Source: Candidatus Marinacidobacterales bacterium (GTDB lineage: Bacteria > Acidobacteriota > Vicinamibacteria > Marinacidobacterales > DATDRI01). From it: a stretch of 64,000 nt of DNA. The notes beneath the pieces were generated by a model. That model did not search any database. It had not been told where the DNA came from and was given only the letters and a program-made list of their open reading frames with translations. The first letter of the stretch is position 1. Every line of letters starts with the position of its first letter. Below are positions 9,705 through 19,449 of the stretch, piece after piece. The position numbers and the translations under genes were made by a program. Where the stretch lies: contig OZ245365.1 in assembly GCA_965226495.1 (NCBI GenBank), positions 5,088,001-5,152,000 on the forward strand, read 5' to 3'.

Positions 9705-10490
9705 GTGGCGACCAAGAAGGCAATGACCGACCGGCGCCCCGACGGGCCTGACGGGAAAGTCGGGAAAGTCGGGAAAGACAGAAAAGCCGAGAGCGATTCC
9801 GGGCCCGCCAAGTCGACCCTGCGTGAATACTTCGAGTCCATATGCGTCGCCGTCATCCTGGCGCTTTTCATTCGCACCTTCGTGGTCCAGGCGTTCAAGA
9901 TCCCTACCGGCTCGATGGAACACAACCTCCTGATCGGTGACCATCTTCTCGTCAACAAGATGCTCTACTCGCCCGTGGTGGCTCCGATGGAGAAAGAGAT
10001 CTTTCCGATCCGAGACATTCGCAGGGGAGACGTCGTGGTGTTCAAGTTCCCCATGGAGCCGGAAAGAGATTTCATCAAGCGGGTTATCGGACTTCCGGGC
10101 GATGCCATCCGCATCGAGAAGAAGAGGGTCCACATAAACGGGGAACCACTAGAAGAAGATTACGCGTTCTTCGCCGAGCCTCCCGGGAACGGCGATAAAG
10201 AAGTATTTTACGACTTCCGCCGCGACAACATGCCGGAGTTGGTGGTGCCCGAGGGCCAATACTTCGTGATGGGCGATAACCGGGACAACAGCCACGACAG
10301 TCGCTTCTGGGGAACGCTCCCTCGTGAGCTGGTCAAAGGGCGAGCACTTATCGTATATTGGTCTTATAAAGCACCCAGGGAGGCCTATTTGGCGACGGGT
10401 CTGATGGAACGACTCAAGGAGTTGGGCTCGGTCGCGATCCATTTCTTCGGCAACACCAGATGGGACCGGTTCTTCCATCTGGTCCGGTAG
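9705..10490 (+). CDS. lepB: Signal peptidase I
   Basis: IPTGSM (Ser), FIKRVIGLPGD (Lys), MGDNRDNSHDSRFWG; GTG at 9705 has GGAGG RBS (alternative ATG at 9723). Confidence 0.95.
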   Translation: MATKKAMTDRRPDGPDGKVGKVGKDRKAESDSGPAKSTLREYFESICVAVILALFIRTFVVQAFKIPTGSMEHNLLIGDHLLVNKMLYSPVVAPMEKEIFPIRDIRRGDVVVFKFPMEPERDFIKRVIGLPGDAIRIEKKRVHINGEPLEEDYAFFAEPPGNGDKEVFYDFRRDNMPELVVPEGQYFVMGDNRDNSHDSRFWGTLPRELVKGRALIVYWSYKAPREAYLATGLMERLKELGSVAIHFFGNTRWDRFFHLVR

Positions 10491-10511
10491 AGGTCTTTGG
10501 TAGGAGGTGTC

Positions 10512-10877
10512 ATGAAGAGGCTGGCTAGCGTAAAGGGGGAGGCCCGTCTCGGGTCGATCCTGACTCTGGTGGTAATTGTCTTCGCCGTCTACGTTGGCGT
10601 CCAGTTCGTACCGGTGCTCTTCGCTCAGTACGAGTTCAAGGACGCGGTGGTCGAAGCAGCGAAGTTCTCCGCGAGAAAGACCCCCGAAACTGTCCGAAAC
10701 GGTTTGGTCGAAGAGGCCGCAGCGCTAAGGCTACCGGTCACCCAACAACAGATCCATGTCCAGCGCAAGCCGACCTTCACACGAATAGAGGTTAACTACC
10801 AGCTGAGTGTGGAGTGGCTGCCGGGCAAAGTGTACACCTGGGATGTGAACGAAGTCGCGGAGAGCGTCTTGTTTTAG
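10512..10877 (+). CDS. Small single-pass membrane protein (DUF4845-like)
   Basis: AGGAGG RBS; basic N-terminus, Gly and TM helix; directly downstream of lepB. Confidence 0.7.
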   Translation: MKRLASVKGEARLGSILTLVVIVFAVYVGVQFVPVLFAQYEFKDAVVEAAKFSARKTPETVRNGLVEEAAALRLPVTQQQIHVQRKPTFTRIEVNYQLSVEWLPGKVYTWDVNEVAESVLF

Positions 10878-10885
10878 TGCCCACT

Positions 10886-11176
10886 TTACAACTTTGCCAG
10901 CCGGTCCTGCGCCTGGGCCGCGCTCAACCCTCGCACCCAAACCGTTTTCCGCCGGGAGCTCAAACCGGAGACGATCTCCACATCCTTTTTTCCGACACCG
11001 AGAGAACGGGCAAGGAGCTTGACGAGATCTTGATTCGCCTTTCCTTTTGCCGGAGGTGAAGTGAGGCGCACGCGGATCTCTTCTTGATCGCCATAGAGCA
11101 ATTCCTCGCGGCCGCTGCGAGGGGTGACGCGAACCCGGATGAGAACACCTTCACGCGCGTCCGAGAACGCGGCCAT
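10886..11176 (-). CDS. yggU: DUF167/YggU family protein
   Basis: VRVTPRS, PPAKGKANQ.L...LA, IVSG.SSRRK. Confidence 0.9.
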   Translation of the reverse strand: MAAFSDAREGVLIRVRVTPRSGREELLYGDQEEIRVRLTSPPAKGKANQDLVKLLARSLGVGKKDVEIVSGLSSRRKTVWVRGLSAAQAQDRLAKL

Positions 11177-11194
11177 GACGTCTCCGGTGTCTCG

Positions 11195-11713
11195 TTAGGA
11201 CGACTCGGCCTTTTGTTGGTCGGTGCCACGTCGCCTGAGAAAAGACAGCTTATCCTGCTCGATCTCGCTTTCCTCCATCAGCTTGATCAGATTGCGTAGG
11301 TTGGCAATGGTCGCCAAGATCGAATTCTGCACCTGTCGCTTCTGGATCCGGAGCTCGAGGATATCTTTTTCGATATCGTGGGCCTTCATCTGAGCGGCTT
11401 CTATCAGGCGATCGGCTGCCAACTCCGCCTCCCGCAGAAGCATTTGCGACTGCTTCTTCGCATTTTCTTTCAGCTCCTCCGAGGTCCGTTGGGCTGCGAC
11501 CAGCGTGTTCTTCAATATTTGCTCGCGCTCGTGATGCTCGGCGAGCAGGGCGGACAACCTCCTCGTTTCTTCCGCCGTGTTTTCGTTCTCCGCGCGGAGC
11601 TGTTCCATCTCTTCGGCGACCATATTTAGGAACGTCTTGACTTCATCGGCGTCGGCTCCACGAAAACGCGTTTGAAAGCTATGCCTCTGGATGTCCAACG
11701 GCGTCAGCTTCAT
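11195..11713 (-). CDS. divIVA: DivIVA domain protein
   Basis: MKLTPLDI...F...FRG....EV..FL N-terminus followed by coiled coil. Confidence 0.92.
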   Translation of the reverse strand: MKLTPLDIQRHSFQTRFRGADADEVKTFLNMVAEEMEQLRAENENTAEETRRLSALLAEHHEREQILKNTLVAAQRTSEELKENAKKQSQMLLREAELAADRLIEAAQMKAHDIEKDILELRIQKRQVQNSILATIANLRNLIKLMEESEIEQDKLSFLRRRGTDQQKAESS

Positions 11714-11731
11714 ATTCCATCCTCCCGGGCT

Positions 11732-12475
11732 CTAGCGGCCCCCTGCGAACGTCGGCCCGTCGCCTAGCATTGAGCCTCTCACCGGTCTCCTGCCAAATAG
11801 GGCCGTCCCCACTCGCACGAGTGTCGCACCTTCCTCCACCCCGACCTCATAGTCGTGGCTCATTCCCATTGACAGCTCCTTGAAGGCCCCGCCCACCAAA
11901 CCCTTGGCGCAAGCTTCGTCGCGGAGCTCTCGCAATTGCCTAAAATAAGGCCGTGTATCTTCTGGATCCTCCAGATAAGGCGGTAGCACCATCAACCCTT
12001 CTAACCGAAGGTTTTCGAGCTCGGCCATTTGTTCGAGATCCTCGAAAAGCCGTGCGACAGGAAGGCCGACCTTGCTGTCCTCGCCTGCCAATTGAACCTG
12101 GATCAGCGCCCGCTGTATCTGGTTCTGCTCCTTGCACAAACGGTCCACGCGTCGAGCCAACTCTAGCGAGCTGATCGAATGAATGAGATCAAATACTTGA
12201 ATCGCCTTTTTTGCCTTGTTGCCTTGTAGACGACCCACGAGGTGCCACTGCAAGTCAGGTCCGACAACAAGCTTTTGCTTGCCCTCTGCCTCCTGGACGC
12301 GATTCTCGCCGATATCGATCGCTCCGGCCGCGACCGCTTCTCGGACCTCTTCGACCGACCGGAACTTCGCTACCGCGACGAGTCGAACGGATTCTGGTTC
12401 ACGCCCCGAACGCGACGCCGCCACAACGATTCTCTGACGGACGGCTGCAATGCGGCTGGCCAGCTCCGTTGGCAT
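11732..12475 (-). CDS. yggS: PLP homeostasis protein YggS/PLPBP
   Basis: LVAVAK (PLP Lys), GENRVQE, WHLVGRLQGNK, LSMGMSHD, VRVGTALFG; start trimmed to MPTEL. Confidence 0.95.
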   Translation of the reverse strand: MPTELASRIAAVRQRIVVAASRSGREPESVRLVAVAKFRSVEEVREAVAAGAIDIGENRVQEAEGKQKLVVGPDLQWHLVGRLQGNKAKKAIQVFDLIHSISSLELARRVDRLCKEQNQIQRALIQVQLAGEDSKVGLPVARLFEDLEQMAELENLRLEGLMVLPPYLEDPEDTRPYFRQLRELRDEACAKGLVGGAFKELSMGMSHDYEVGVEEGATLVRVGTALFGRRPVRGSMLGDGPTFAGGR

Positions 12476-12489
12476 CAGCTGAAAAACGC

Positions 12490-13446
12490 TCAATTCGTCT
12501 TGAGATAACCCAGGAGTCCTGTTGCGGTGGCCGCCTGCGGACCATCCGGTTCCAGCTCGAGGTACTTTTCCAGTTGAGCGATCGCTTCCTCGCTTTTGCC
12601 CTGATTGACGTAAACCATCCCCAATTGATAATGGCCTAGCGCGTGGGCGTCGTCGAGCTCGACGACCCTCTGGAACGCCCTCTCCGCGGCGGGGATATCT
12701 ACTGCGTTCATCGCCACCGCTCCAATGTCGAATACAATCGAAACATCGTCCGGCTGAAGCTTCTCCGCTTCTTGGAGCATCGCCATGGCTTCGGGCCACT
12801 GCTGATTCGCGGTGTGAATCGCGGCGAGTGCCAGATAAGGTTCGACCGCTGATGTCTGGAGCTCGATCGCCTTCTTGTAGAAGGTCACGGCTTGATCGAT
12901 CTGCCCGAGGTTTTCGTGCGCAACCCCCAGGTTGTAGAGCGCCTCCGGCTGATCCGGATCGATCTCCAGTACTTTTTCGAATGCAGCGATGGCACCGGCA
13001 AAGTCCTCCGCGCTCATCGCCGCCACACCGTCCTTGAAGACTGAGGCGATCGCCTGGTTCAGCTTCCGCTGCTCGAGATCGGAACGCGCCCCTTCGGACA
13101 AGGTTGGCAGAACCACCTTCCCCAGCCGTGTCGGGGGTCCTCCCAAGACCTTGACTTCATATTGGTACGACTGGTGCCCGCTCTTAGTGAAGCTGAGCTG
13201 GTAACGCCCGGTGGGTAAGCCGGCCCGAATGAAGTCGCCATCTTCTTCGGATTTTGCCGTGTGCTCGCGGTTCACTCCTCCTAAGAATTTGAAGAGGATC
13301 TCGACCCCATCCACTGGCTGCTCGTTCTCGTCGACGATCTGCCCGCGAATCGATCCGGTCTGGGCATAGACTTCCGCCCCGAGTAGGATGGCCATCGATA
13401 ACAACACGAGAAGGCGCGACAACGGTTTCCCAGACGCCATCATCAT
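12490..13446 (-). CDS. Exported TPR protein with N-terminal carboxypeptidase-regulatory-like domain
   Basis: Signal peptide, QTGSIRGQIVDE..GL..G.Y beta domain, multiple TPR repeats (ALYNLG, HYQLG). Confidence 0.85.
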   Translation of the reverse strand: MMMASGKPLSRLLVLLSMAILLGAEVYAQTGSIRGQIVDENEQPVDGVEILFKFLGGVNREHTAKSEEDGDFIRAGLPTGRYQLSFTKSGHQSYQYEVKVLGGPPTRLGKVVLPTLSEGARSDLEQRKLNQAIASVFKDGVAAMSAEDFAGAIAAFEKVLEIDPDQPEALYNLGVAHENLGQIDQAVTFYKKAIELQTSAVEPYLALAAIHTANQQWPEAMAMLQEAEKLQPDDVSIVFDIGAVAMNAVDIPAAERAFQRVVELDDAHALGHYQLGMVYVNQGKSEEAIAQLEKYLELEPDGPQAATATGLLGYLKTN

Positions 13447-13549
13447 TTTCCTCTGTAGTCCGAAACTCGATTATACGTCTCAGTCGTGAGGAACGCATCT
13501 GCCTCCGGGCCAGGCGACCCGTGGGAGCTACGGCGGACAGGTCCGCCCA

Positions 13550-13939
13550 TTACCCCTGCTCCCGCTCGTACGAGGCGCTATAGGTGGGCGCCTCCCAAAC
13601 TCTGATGCGTCTGACCTCGAGGCCCTGCGGCGCCAATCTTTCCTCCAACTTCTCGTAGAACCAACGCGCCATGTTCTCGGTAGTGGGATTCATGTCATCG
13701 AACGGAGCCAATTCGTTCAAATGTCGATGGTCGTACGGGGCGAGGACCTCCTTCAATTCCCGCTCCAGCTCCAGGAAATCCAGGCTGAGCCCTAGTTTGT
13801 CCAACTCTCGCGCCGCGACGCAAGCTTCGACCCTGAAGTTGTGCCCATGAAGAGGCTCAATGGGTCCTTTGTAGCCGCGGAGTTGGTGAGACGCGGAAAA
13901 CATGGTTTCCACAGTGACCTGGTAGCAAGCTGTACCCAA
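13550..13939 (-). CDS. 6-pyruvoyltetrahydropterin synthase/QueD family protein (ExxHGH, PTPS-III-like)
   Basis: FSASH, IEPLHGHNF, YDHRHLN, PTTENMA, VWEAP. Confidence 0.88.
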   Translation of the reverse strand: MGTACYQVTVETMFSASHQLRGYKGPIEPLHGHNFRVEACVAARELDKLGLSLDFLELERELKEVLAPYDHRHLNELAPFDDMNPTTENMARWFYEKLEERLAPQGLEVRRIRVWEAPTYSASYEREQG

Positions 13940-13942
13940 TGT

Positions 13943-15967
13943 CTACTCCCTTAGTGCGGGGCCGAAGAACCCGATGACTTCCTCTCGGCGGTGGGTCAAC
14001 GGAAAAGGAGGAAGACTTGCCAAAAAACGTTGGCCGTAGCCCATTCTCAGCAAACGGCTGTCGAGAACTGCCAGCACTCCGCGATCACTGCGAGAGCGGA
14101 TCAGTCGACCCAGCCCTTGCTTGAGCCCCAGAATAGCCATCGGCACTTGATAGTCGTCGAAGCCGCTCCCCCCTCGTTCCTCCACCCAATCGATACGCGC
14201 CGACACCAATGGGTCGGCAGGCACCGCGAAAGGAAGTTTGTCGATGATCACACAAGATAGCTGCTCGCCGACCACATCGACTCCTTCCCAAAAACTGGAA
14301 GTGGCGAGGAGGACCGCGCCGGGCGTGGCTCGAAATCGATCCAAGAGCTCGCCTCGCGACGCCTCTCCTTGTACCAGGAGCGGATAGTCGATGCGATCCC
14401 GAAGCAGCCTTTCGACTCCGTGGAGGTTCGCGAAGCTCGTGAAAAGTACGAACGCCCTACCGCGGCTCGCCTTCGTCAAAGCGAGCACCTCCTCTGCCAC
14501 TCGGTCCAGAAATGCGGGGTCTCGCGGGGCCGGCATCCCGTTAGGGATGTAGAGAATGGTTTGCCGAGAGAAATCGAATGGGGAGCGTAGTACTTTTTGC
14601 TCCCGCGGCTGGCTTCCCAATCGCTCCCGCGTATAGTCGAGAGAGCCGTCGATGGACAGGGTCGCCGAAGTCATTACCACGCTCCGCTTCCGCTCGAGGA
14701 GTGATTTGCTCACCAGCTCACTGACGTTGATGGGCGAAGTTCGGAGAACCACTGATCGCTCGCGTACCTCACACCACGAAACCGATTCCGGATCCGAGCC
14801 GACCAGAATCCGTTCCAAGTCAAACAAGATATCCGCCGATCGCTTCGCGAGACCCACCGTAGTCTCATCCGGCTCGGGAATACCCTTGAGGTCGGCAGCC
14901 AAGCGCTGGACATGACCTCGAAGCGCCTCGTAGGCCCGGGATTGTCGAGGAGATTCTGAATCGCCACCGATCCGATAGCGGTCCTTCGAGAGTCGGTAAC
15001 CATCGAAGAACTCTTGCGCAACCCCGCGCATGATGCGAATGTGCTCCAAGGGTCGACGTTGGCGAGGCGAGCGGGCTTCCCAGGACGATTTTACTTCGCG
15101 CGCGAGCTCCTCGACGCGAAAGCTACTGACTGTGGCACCGAAATATTGTGTGGCTACATCTTCAACTTGATGCGCCTCGTCTAGCACTAGGAAATCGTAG
15201 TCTGGCAACACTTCGCCGTACGAGCCCTCCCGGACGATGAGATCCGCGAAAAGAAGGTGGTGGTTAACAATGATGATTTCGCTCTCCGATGCCCGCTGCC
15301 GAAGACGCGTGACGTAACATTTGTCGAAGTCACGACATTCCTTTCCTATGCAGTTCTCGCTCTTCGCGGAGAGCCGACCCCAGAACTCGACGTTTTCCGG
15401 AAATCCGGGAATCTCAGCGCGGTCGCCAGTCTTCGTCATCGGAACCCAGCGGGCCAGCGTATCGAAGTGTTCGGCTTCTTCGAACATTCGAAAGCTGGGC
15501 TGCGCCGCGAACTGATCGTAGCGACTGAGACAAAGGTAGTTGGCTCGCCCCTTCATGAGGCACGCCTTGAACGGAACCCCCAGGGCCTTCCTGAGAAGTG
15601 GCAGGTCTTTGTAGTACAGCTGCTCCTGGAGGTTTTTGGTTCCGGTGGAAATGACGACTCTTTGCCCGGAGAGCACCGCGGGGATCAAGTAGGCGAGGGT
15701 TTTTCCGGTGCCGGTCCCCGCCTCCACCATGACCTCGCCACCCTCGCGGAAAGCGTCGGCCACCGCGACGGCCATTTCTACTTGCGGCAGGCGGTGCTCG
15801 AACCCCGGGAGCTCGGCGGCTAAAGGCCCGTCGGGCCCCAGGAGTTGCTCGATCTCTTCTGGCTGGAGTCTGCTGAGACCACGAGGAGCCGACGGCACCT
15901 CGGCATCGATTTCGATGTCCTTGATATCTTTGATGTCAGGGATGTCGGGCTCTCTTCCGTTGGGCAT
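13943..15967 (-). CDS. DinG/YoaA-family Fe-S ATP-dependent helicase
   Basis: Q motif, EAGTGTGKT, four Fe-S Cys, DEAH, SATL, FWEGVD, QGLGRLIR. Confidence 0.95.
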   Translation of the reverse strand: MPNGREPDIPDIKDIKDIEIDAEVPSAPRGLSRLQPEEIEQLLGPDGPLAAELPGFEHRLPQVEMAVAVADAFREGGEVMVEAGTGTGKTLAYLIPAVLSGQRVVISTGTKNLQEQLYYKDLPLLRKALGVPFKACLMKGRANYLCLSRYDQFAAQPSFRMFEEAEHFDTLARWVPMTKTGDRAEIPGFPENVEFWGRLSAKSENCIGKECRDFDKCYVTRLRQRASESEIIIVNHHLLFADLIVREGSYGEVLPDYDFLVLDEAHQVEDVATQYFGATVSSFRVEELAREVKSSWEARSPRQRRPLEHIRIMRGVAQEFFDGYRLSKDRYRIGGDSESPRQSRAYEALRGHVQRLAADLKGIPEPDETTVGLAKRSADILFDLERILVGSDPESVSWCEVRERSVVLRTSPINVSELVSKSLLERKRSVVMTSATLSIDGSLDYTRERLGSQPREQKVLRSPFDFSRQTILYIPNGMPAPRDPAFLDRVAEEVLALTKASRGRAFVLFTSFANLHGVERLLRDRIDYPLLVQGEASRGELLDRFRATPGAVLLATSSFWEGVDVVGEQLSCVIIDKLPFAVPADPLVSARIDWVEERGGSGFDDYQVPMAILGLKQGLGRLIRSRSDRGVLAVLDSRLLRMGYGQRFLASLPPFPLTHRREEVIGFFGPALRE

Positions 15968-15968
15968 T

Positions 15969-17264
15969 CTAGGTCGCGGCCTGACTGGCTCGCGTTAGGC
16001 TCTCGCTATGCCGGCGCGGGTAGAGTGGAAAGCCCGCGGTCAGGTCCTTGACTTTTTGGGCGATACCCTCGAGAACAGACTCATTCTCCCGCTCTCGGAT
16101 AGCCTCGGCGATCCATTTTCCGATGACCTTCATTTCTTCGTCCTTCATCCCCCGAGTCGTAATGGCAGGAGTTCCGATCCGAACGCCACTCGCTACCATT
16201 GGAGGTCGGGTGTCGAAGGGAATCGCGTTTTTGTTGACAGTCATTTCCGCCTTGCCGAGAGCTTCCTCCGCTTCCTTTCCGGTGACGCCCATGGCGCCGA
16301 CGTCCAACAAGATTAGGTGATTGTCCGTACCACCAGACACTAGACGGAAGCCCTCACCGAGCAAAGTCTCCGCTAGGACGCGGGCGTTGTCGACGACCTG
16401 CCGTGCATAGGATTTGAACGCCGGACTCATGGCTTCTTTGAAACAGATGGCCTTGCCGGCTACGACGTGCTCCAAGGGACCGCCTTGAATACCCGGGAAC
16501 ATTATCCGGTTCAGATCCTTCGCAAACTTCTCCTTCGAGAGGACGAAGCCCGAGCGGGGACCGCGGAGCGTCTTATGGGTTGTCGAAGTGACGAAGTCGG
16601 AATGCTCGACCGGGCTCGGATGCGCCCCACCGGCAACGAGACCGCTGATGTGGGCCATGTCCGTCACCATCACCGCCCCGACCTCGTCGGCTATGTTACG
16701 AATCCGCTCGAAGTCGATGAACCGCGGATAGGCGCTGGCACCGACCATGATCATCTTCGGGTTGTTGTCTCTTGCCAAACGCTCCATTTCTTCGTAGTCG
16801 AGCGTTTCGTCTTCCTGGCGCACGCCGTAGGGCACCACCTTGTAGAACCGACCGGAGAAATTGAGCGGATGGCCATGCGACAGGTGACCTCCATGGGCGA
16901 GGTTCATCCCCATGAACGTGTCGCCCGTGTCGAGAACCGCGAGATAAACCGCCATATTGGCCTGAGTCCCGCTGTGCGGTTGCACGTTGGCATGCTCGGC
17001 GCCGAAGAGCTCTTTCGCGCGCTCGATGGCCAACCGCTCCACGACGTCTACGAACTCGCAACCTCCGTAATAACGACGGCCGGGATACCCCTCTGCATAC
17101 TTGTTGGTGAGTACCGAACCAGTGGCTTCCAAAATCGCTTCGCTCGTGAAGTTCTCGGAAGCAATGAGCTCCAGTCCTTCCGTCTGCCGACCTATCTCTT
17201 GATCGATAGCCTGGGCGACCTCTGGATCCACTTCGAAGAGCGGGCGTTCTATCTCAAGACTCAT
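15969..17264 (-). CDS. glyA: Serine hydroxymethyltransferase
   Basis: [32 protein letters not shown]. Confidence 0.98.
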   Translation of the reverse strand: MSLEIERPLFEVDPEVAQAIDQEIGRQTEGLELIASENFTSEAILEATGSVLTNKYAEGYPGRRYYGGCEFVDVVERLAIERAKELFGAEHANVQPHSGTQANMAVYLAVLDTGDTFMGMNLAHGGHLSHGHPLNFSGRFYKVVPYGVRQEDETLDYEEMERLARDNNPKMIMVGASAYPRFIDFERIRNIADEVGAVMVTDMAHISGLVAGGAHPSPVEHSDFVTSTTHKTLRGPRSGFVLSKEKFAKDLNRIMFPGIQGGPLEHVVAGKAICFKEAMSPAFKSYARQVVDNARVLAETLLGEGFRLVSGGTDNHLILLDVGAMGVTGKEAEEALGKAEMTVNKNAIPFDTRPPMVASGVRIGTPAITTRGMKDEEMKVIGKWIAEAIRERENESVLEGIAQKVKDLTAGFPLYPRRHSESLTRASQAAT

Positions 17265-17356
17265 GACGGCTCCTCTGGAAGAACGTGATGGCTTTGGATT
17301 TCTGCTCGCCTCATCCTATAATACGCGGCCTGTTCCAGCAAAAGCACTAACCTTCC

Positions 17357-18529
17357 GTGGAAAACACAGTGACGCGGGTCCAAGTCAGTAAGCGAGGGCG
17401 AGCGCGGATTCTCGCGGGTCATCTCTGGATCTTTCAGTCCGATGTGCAAAAACTAGAGGGAGCCGCTTCCGGGGACGTGGTCGAAGTGAGGGGGCCGCGA
17501 GAGGACTTTCTGGGTCGAGCCTTCTTCAGCGAGTCATCGCAGATCGCCCTTCGAATCATCACCACCCAGCAGGAACCGGTCGACGAAGACTTTTGGAAGC
17601 GAAGACTCGCGGCGGCCTTGGCTTTGCGGCGCGGACTCGCACCGTCCACCACTGCTTACCGATGGGTACATGGTGAAGCCGATGGGATTCCTTCGCTCGT
17701 GGTCGACCGATATGGCGAGACTCTGGCCGTCCAAACTCTATCGGCGGGAACGGATCGACTGAAGTCAACCTTCGTCCGGCTTTGGATCGAGCTGGTGCAA
17801 CCGTCCGGCATCATCGAGAGGAACGACCAGAAGGTGCGGGCGCTCGAGGGACTCCCGCTCGCGAAGGGGACGCTTTACGGAGAAGTTCCCTCTGAAATCG
17901 TGGTCCAGGAAGAGGGGATTCGCCTGCGCGCCAACCTCTGGGAAGGCCAGAAAACCGGCCTCTTTCTCGACCATCGGGAGAACCGACAGGCGGCGGCTCG
18001 GTGGGCCAAAGGCCTGGCCCTCGACCTCTTCGCATACGACGGTGGATTCTCGCTTCACCTAGCCCGTGTCTGCGAACGGGTGACGGCGGTCGATGCCTCC
18101 ACCGAAGCGTTGGCGCGCCTCCGGGCGAACGCGGCAATGAATGAGCTCGACAATATCCAAACACGGGAGGGGAACGTCTTCGACCTCCTCCGCGAATTGC
18201 AGTCCGACGGACAAACCTTCGACACGATCGTGCTCGACCCCCCGGCATTTGCCAAGAACCGCGCCGCCGTGGCCAAAGCGAGACGAGGGTACAAAGACAT
18301 TAACTTACGTGCTATGAAGCTCTTACGGCCTGGTGGACACCTCATCACCTCAACGTGCTCGTACCACATATCAGAAATCGATTTCCTGAATATTCTCACT
18401 GATGCTGCCGCCGATGTGCGTGCGCACTTGGTCTTGGTCGAGAAAAGAACACAATCCCGCGACCATCCCATCCTTCTCTCCATGCCGGAGACCTACTACC
18501 TGAAGTGCGTGATCTTGCGTAAATTGTAG
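17357..18529 (+). CDS. rlmI: RlmI-like class I SAM-dependent rRNA methyltransferase
   Basis: PUA-like N-terminus GHLWIF, GQKTGLFLDHR, LDPPAFAK, TCS, PETYYLK. Confidence 0.85.
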   Translation: MENTVTRVQVSKRGRARILAGHLWIFQSDVQKLEGAASGDVVEVRGPREDFLGRAFFSESSQIALRIITTQQEPVDEDFWKRRLAAALALRRGLAPSTTAYRWVHGEADGIPSLVVDRYGETLAVQTLSAGTDRLKSTFVRLWIELVQPSGIIERNDQKVRALEGLPLAKGTLYGEVPSEIVVQEEGIRLRANLWEGQKTGLFLDHRENRQAAARWAKGLALDLFAYDGGFSLHLARVCERVTAVDASTEALARLRANAAMNELDNIQTREGNVFDLLRELQSDGQTFDTIVLDPPAFAKNRAAVAKARRGYKDINLRAMKLLRPGGHLITSTCSYHISEIDFLNILTDAAADVRAHLVLVEKRTQSRDHPILLSMPETYYLKCVILRKL

Positions 18530-18576
18530 GTTACAATATCCTTGTTTCTCCAAGTCAATTCTAGGAGCTGTTTCTC

Positions 18577-19449
18577 TTGACCGAGGACCGCGATAACGAC
18601 CGCGCGCAGGGACCTCCCGAGGCGCCGGAGTCAATTCCATCTCAGCCGGCTCAGCCGGCTGAGCCACGTGAGCCCGCTGAGCCCGCTGAGGCTGTCGAGT
18701 CGATCGAGCTCATCGAGGAGCCTGCTGAGCCCGTCGCGCCTGCCTATAACGAAGAACCTGGTCATATCGAGGGGCTCGCTCCTCTAGAGCCTGCAGTACC
18801 TGCTAAGCCTGCCGTGCCGGCAGATACTGACCGACCGATTCGGGTTCAACCGCCAGCCATGGCGCCTGCGGCGGACCTCCAGAAGAAGGTGGAGGAAAAG
18901 GACGCTCAGATCGCCCAGGTGATGAATGCGTACCGGGGCCTCAAGAAAGATACCGAGAAGCTTCGCGAAAGAGCCGTCAAAGCCGAAAAGCGTCGGTTCG
19001 AGCTGTCGAAGAACGATTTCATCGGTCGCTTCGTGGAGGTTCTGGACAACCTGGATCGAGCGATCGACTCCATTGAGAACAACTTCGACTCAGACGCGGT
19101 CCTCGAAGGCATCATTTTGGTTCGCTCGCGCCTAGTGCAGCTTCTCCGCGAAGAAGGCTTAGAGAAGATCTTTGTGGGTGGCCAACCCTTCGACCCAACG
19201 CACAGCGAGGCGGCCGGTATTGAGCCGGTCGAGGACGATTCTCAGGACAACGTCGTGCTCAAGGAGCTGCAACGCGGATATATGCTGAAGGGAGCCTTGC
19301 TGCGTCCCGCCCGTGTTGTGGTGGGTCGCTTCTCGCACACCGATGCTAACTCGTCATCACCTGCGGAATCGACGGCAGAGGCACCAGAAGCGACGTCATC
19401 CGAGCCCGCGCCTCCCGAACCGCCACCCGACCCAGAAGAAAAAAACTAG
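18577..19449 (+). CDS. grpE: Nucleotide exchange factor GrpE with long low-complexity termini
   Basis: VLDNLDRA, GQPFDPTHSEA, QRGY.L...LLRPARVVV. Confidence 0.88.
   Translation: MTEDRDNDRAQGPPEAPESIPSQPAQPAEPREPAEPAEAVESIELIEEPAEPVAPAYNEEPGHIEGLAPLEPAVPAKPAVPADTDRPIRVQPPAMAPAADLQKKVEEKDAQIAQVMNAYRGLKKDTEKLRERAVKAEKRRFELSKNDFIGRFVEVLDNLDRAIDSIENNFDSDAVLEGIILVRSRLVQLLREEGLEKIFVGGQPFDPTHSEAAGIEPVEDDSQDNVVLKELQRGYMLKGALLRPARVVVGRFSHTDANSSSPAESTAEAPEATSSEPAPPEPPPDPEEKN

Noticed and set aside
13513-13547. GC-rich hairpin GGCGGA-CAGG-TCCGCC downstream of the PTPS gene, considered as an ncRNA or REP element
   Set aside because: Single copy in the window, no U tract and no recognisable RNA family
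16467-17288. 273-aa antisense ORF over glyA
   Set aside because: Shadow ORF of a highly conserved gene
17265-17356. Possible ZTP or other riboswitch upstream of glyA
   Set aside because: The intergenic region is only about 90 bp, holds divergent -10-like boxes and shows no riboswitch consensus
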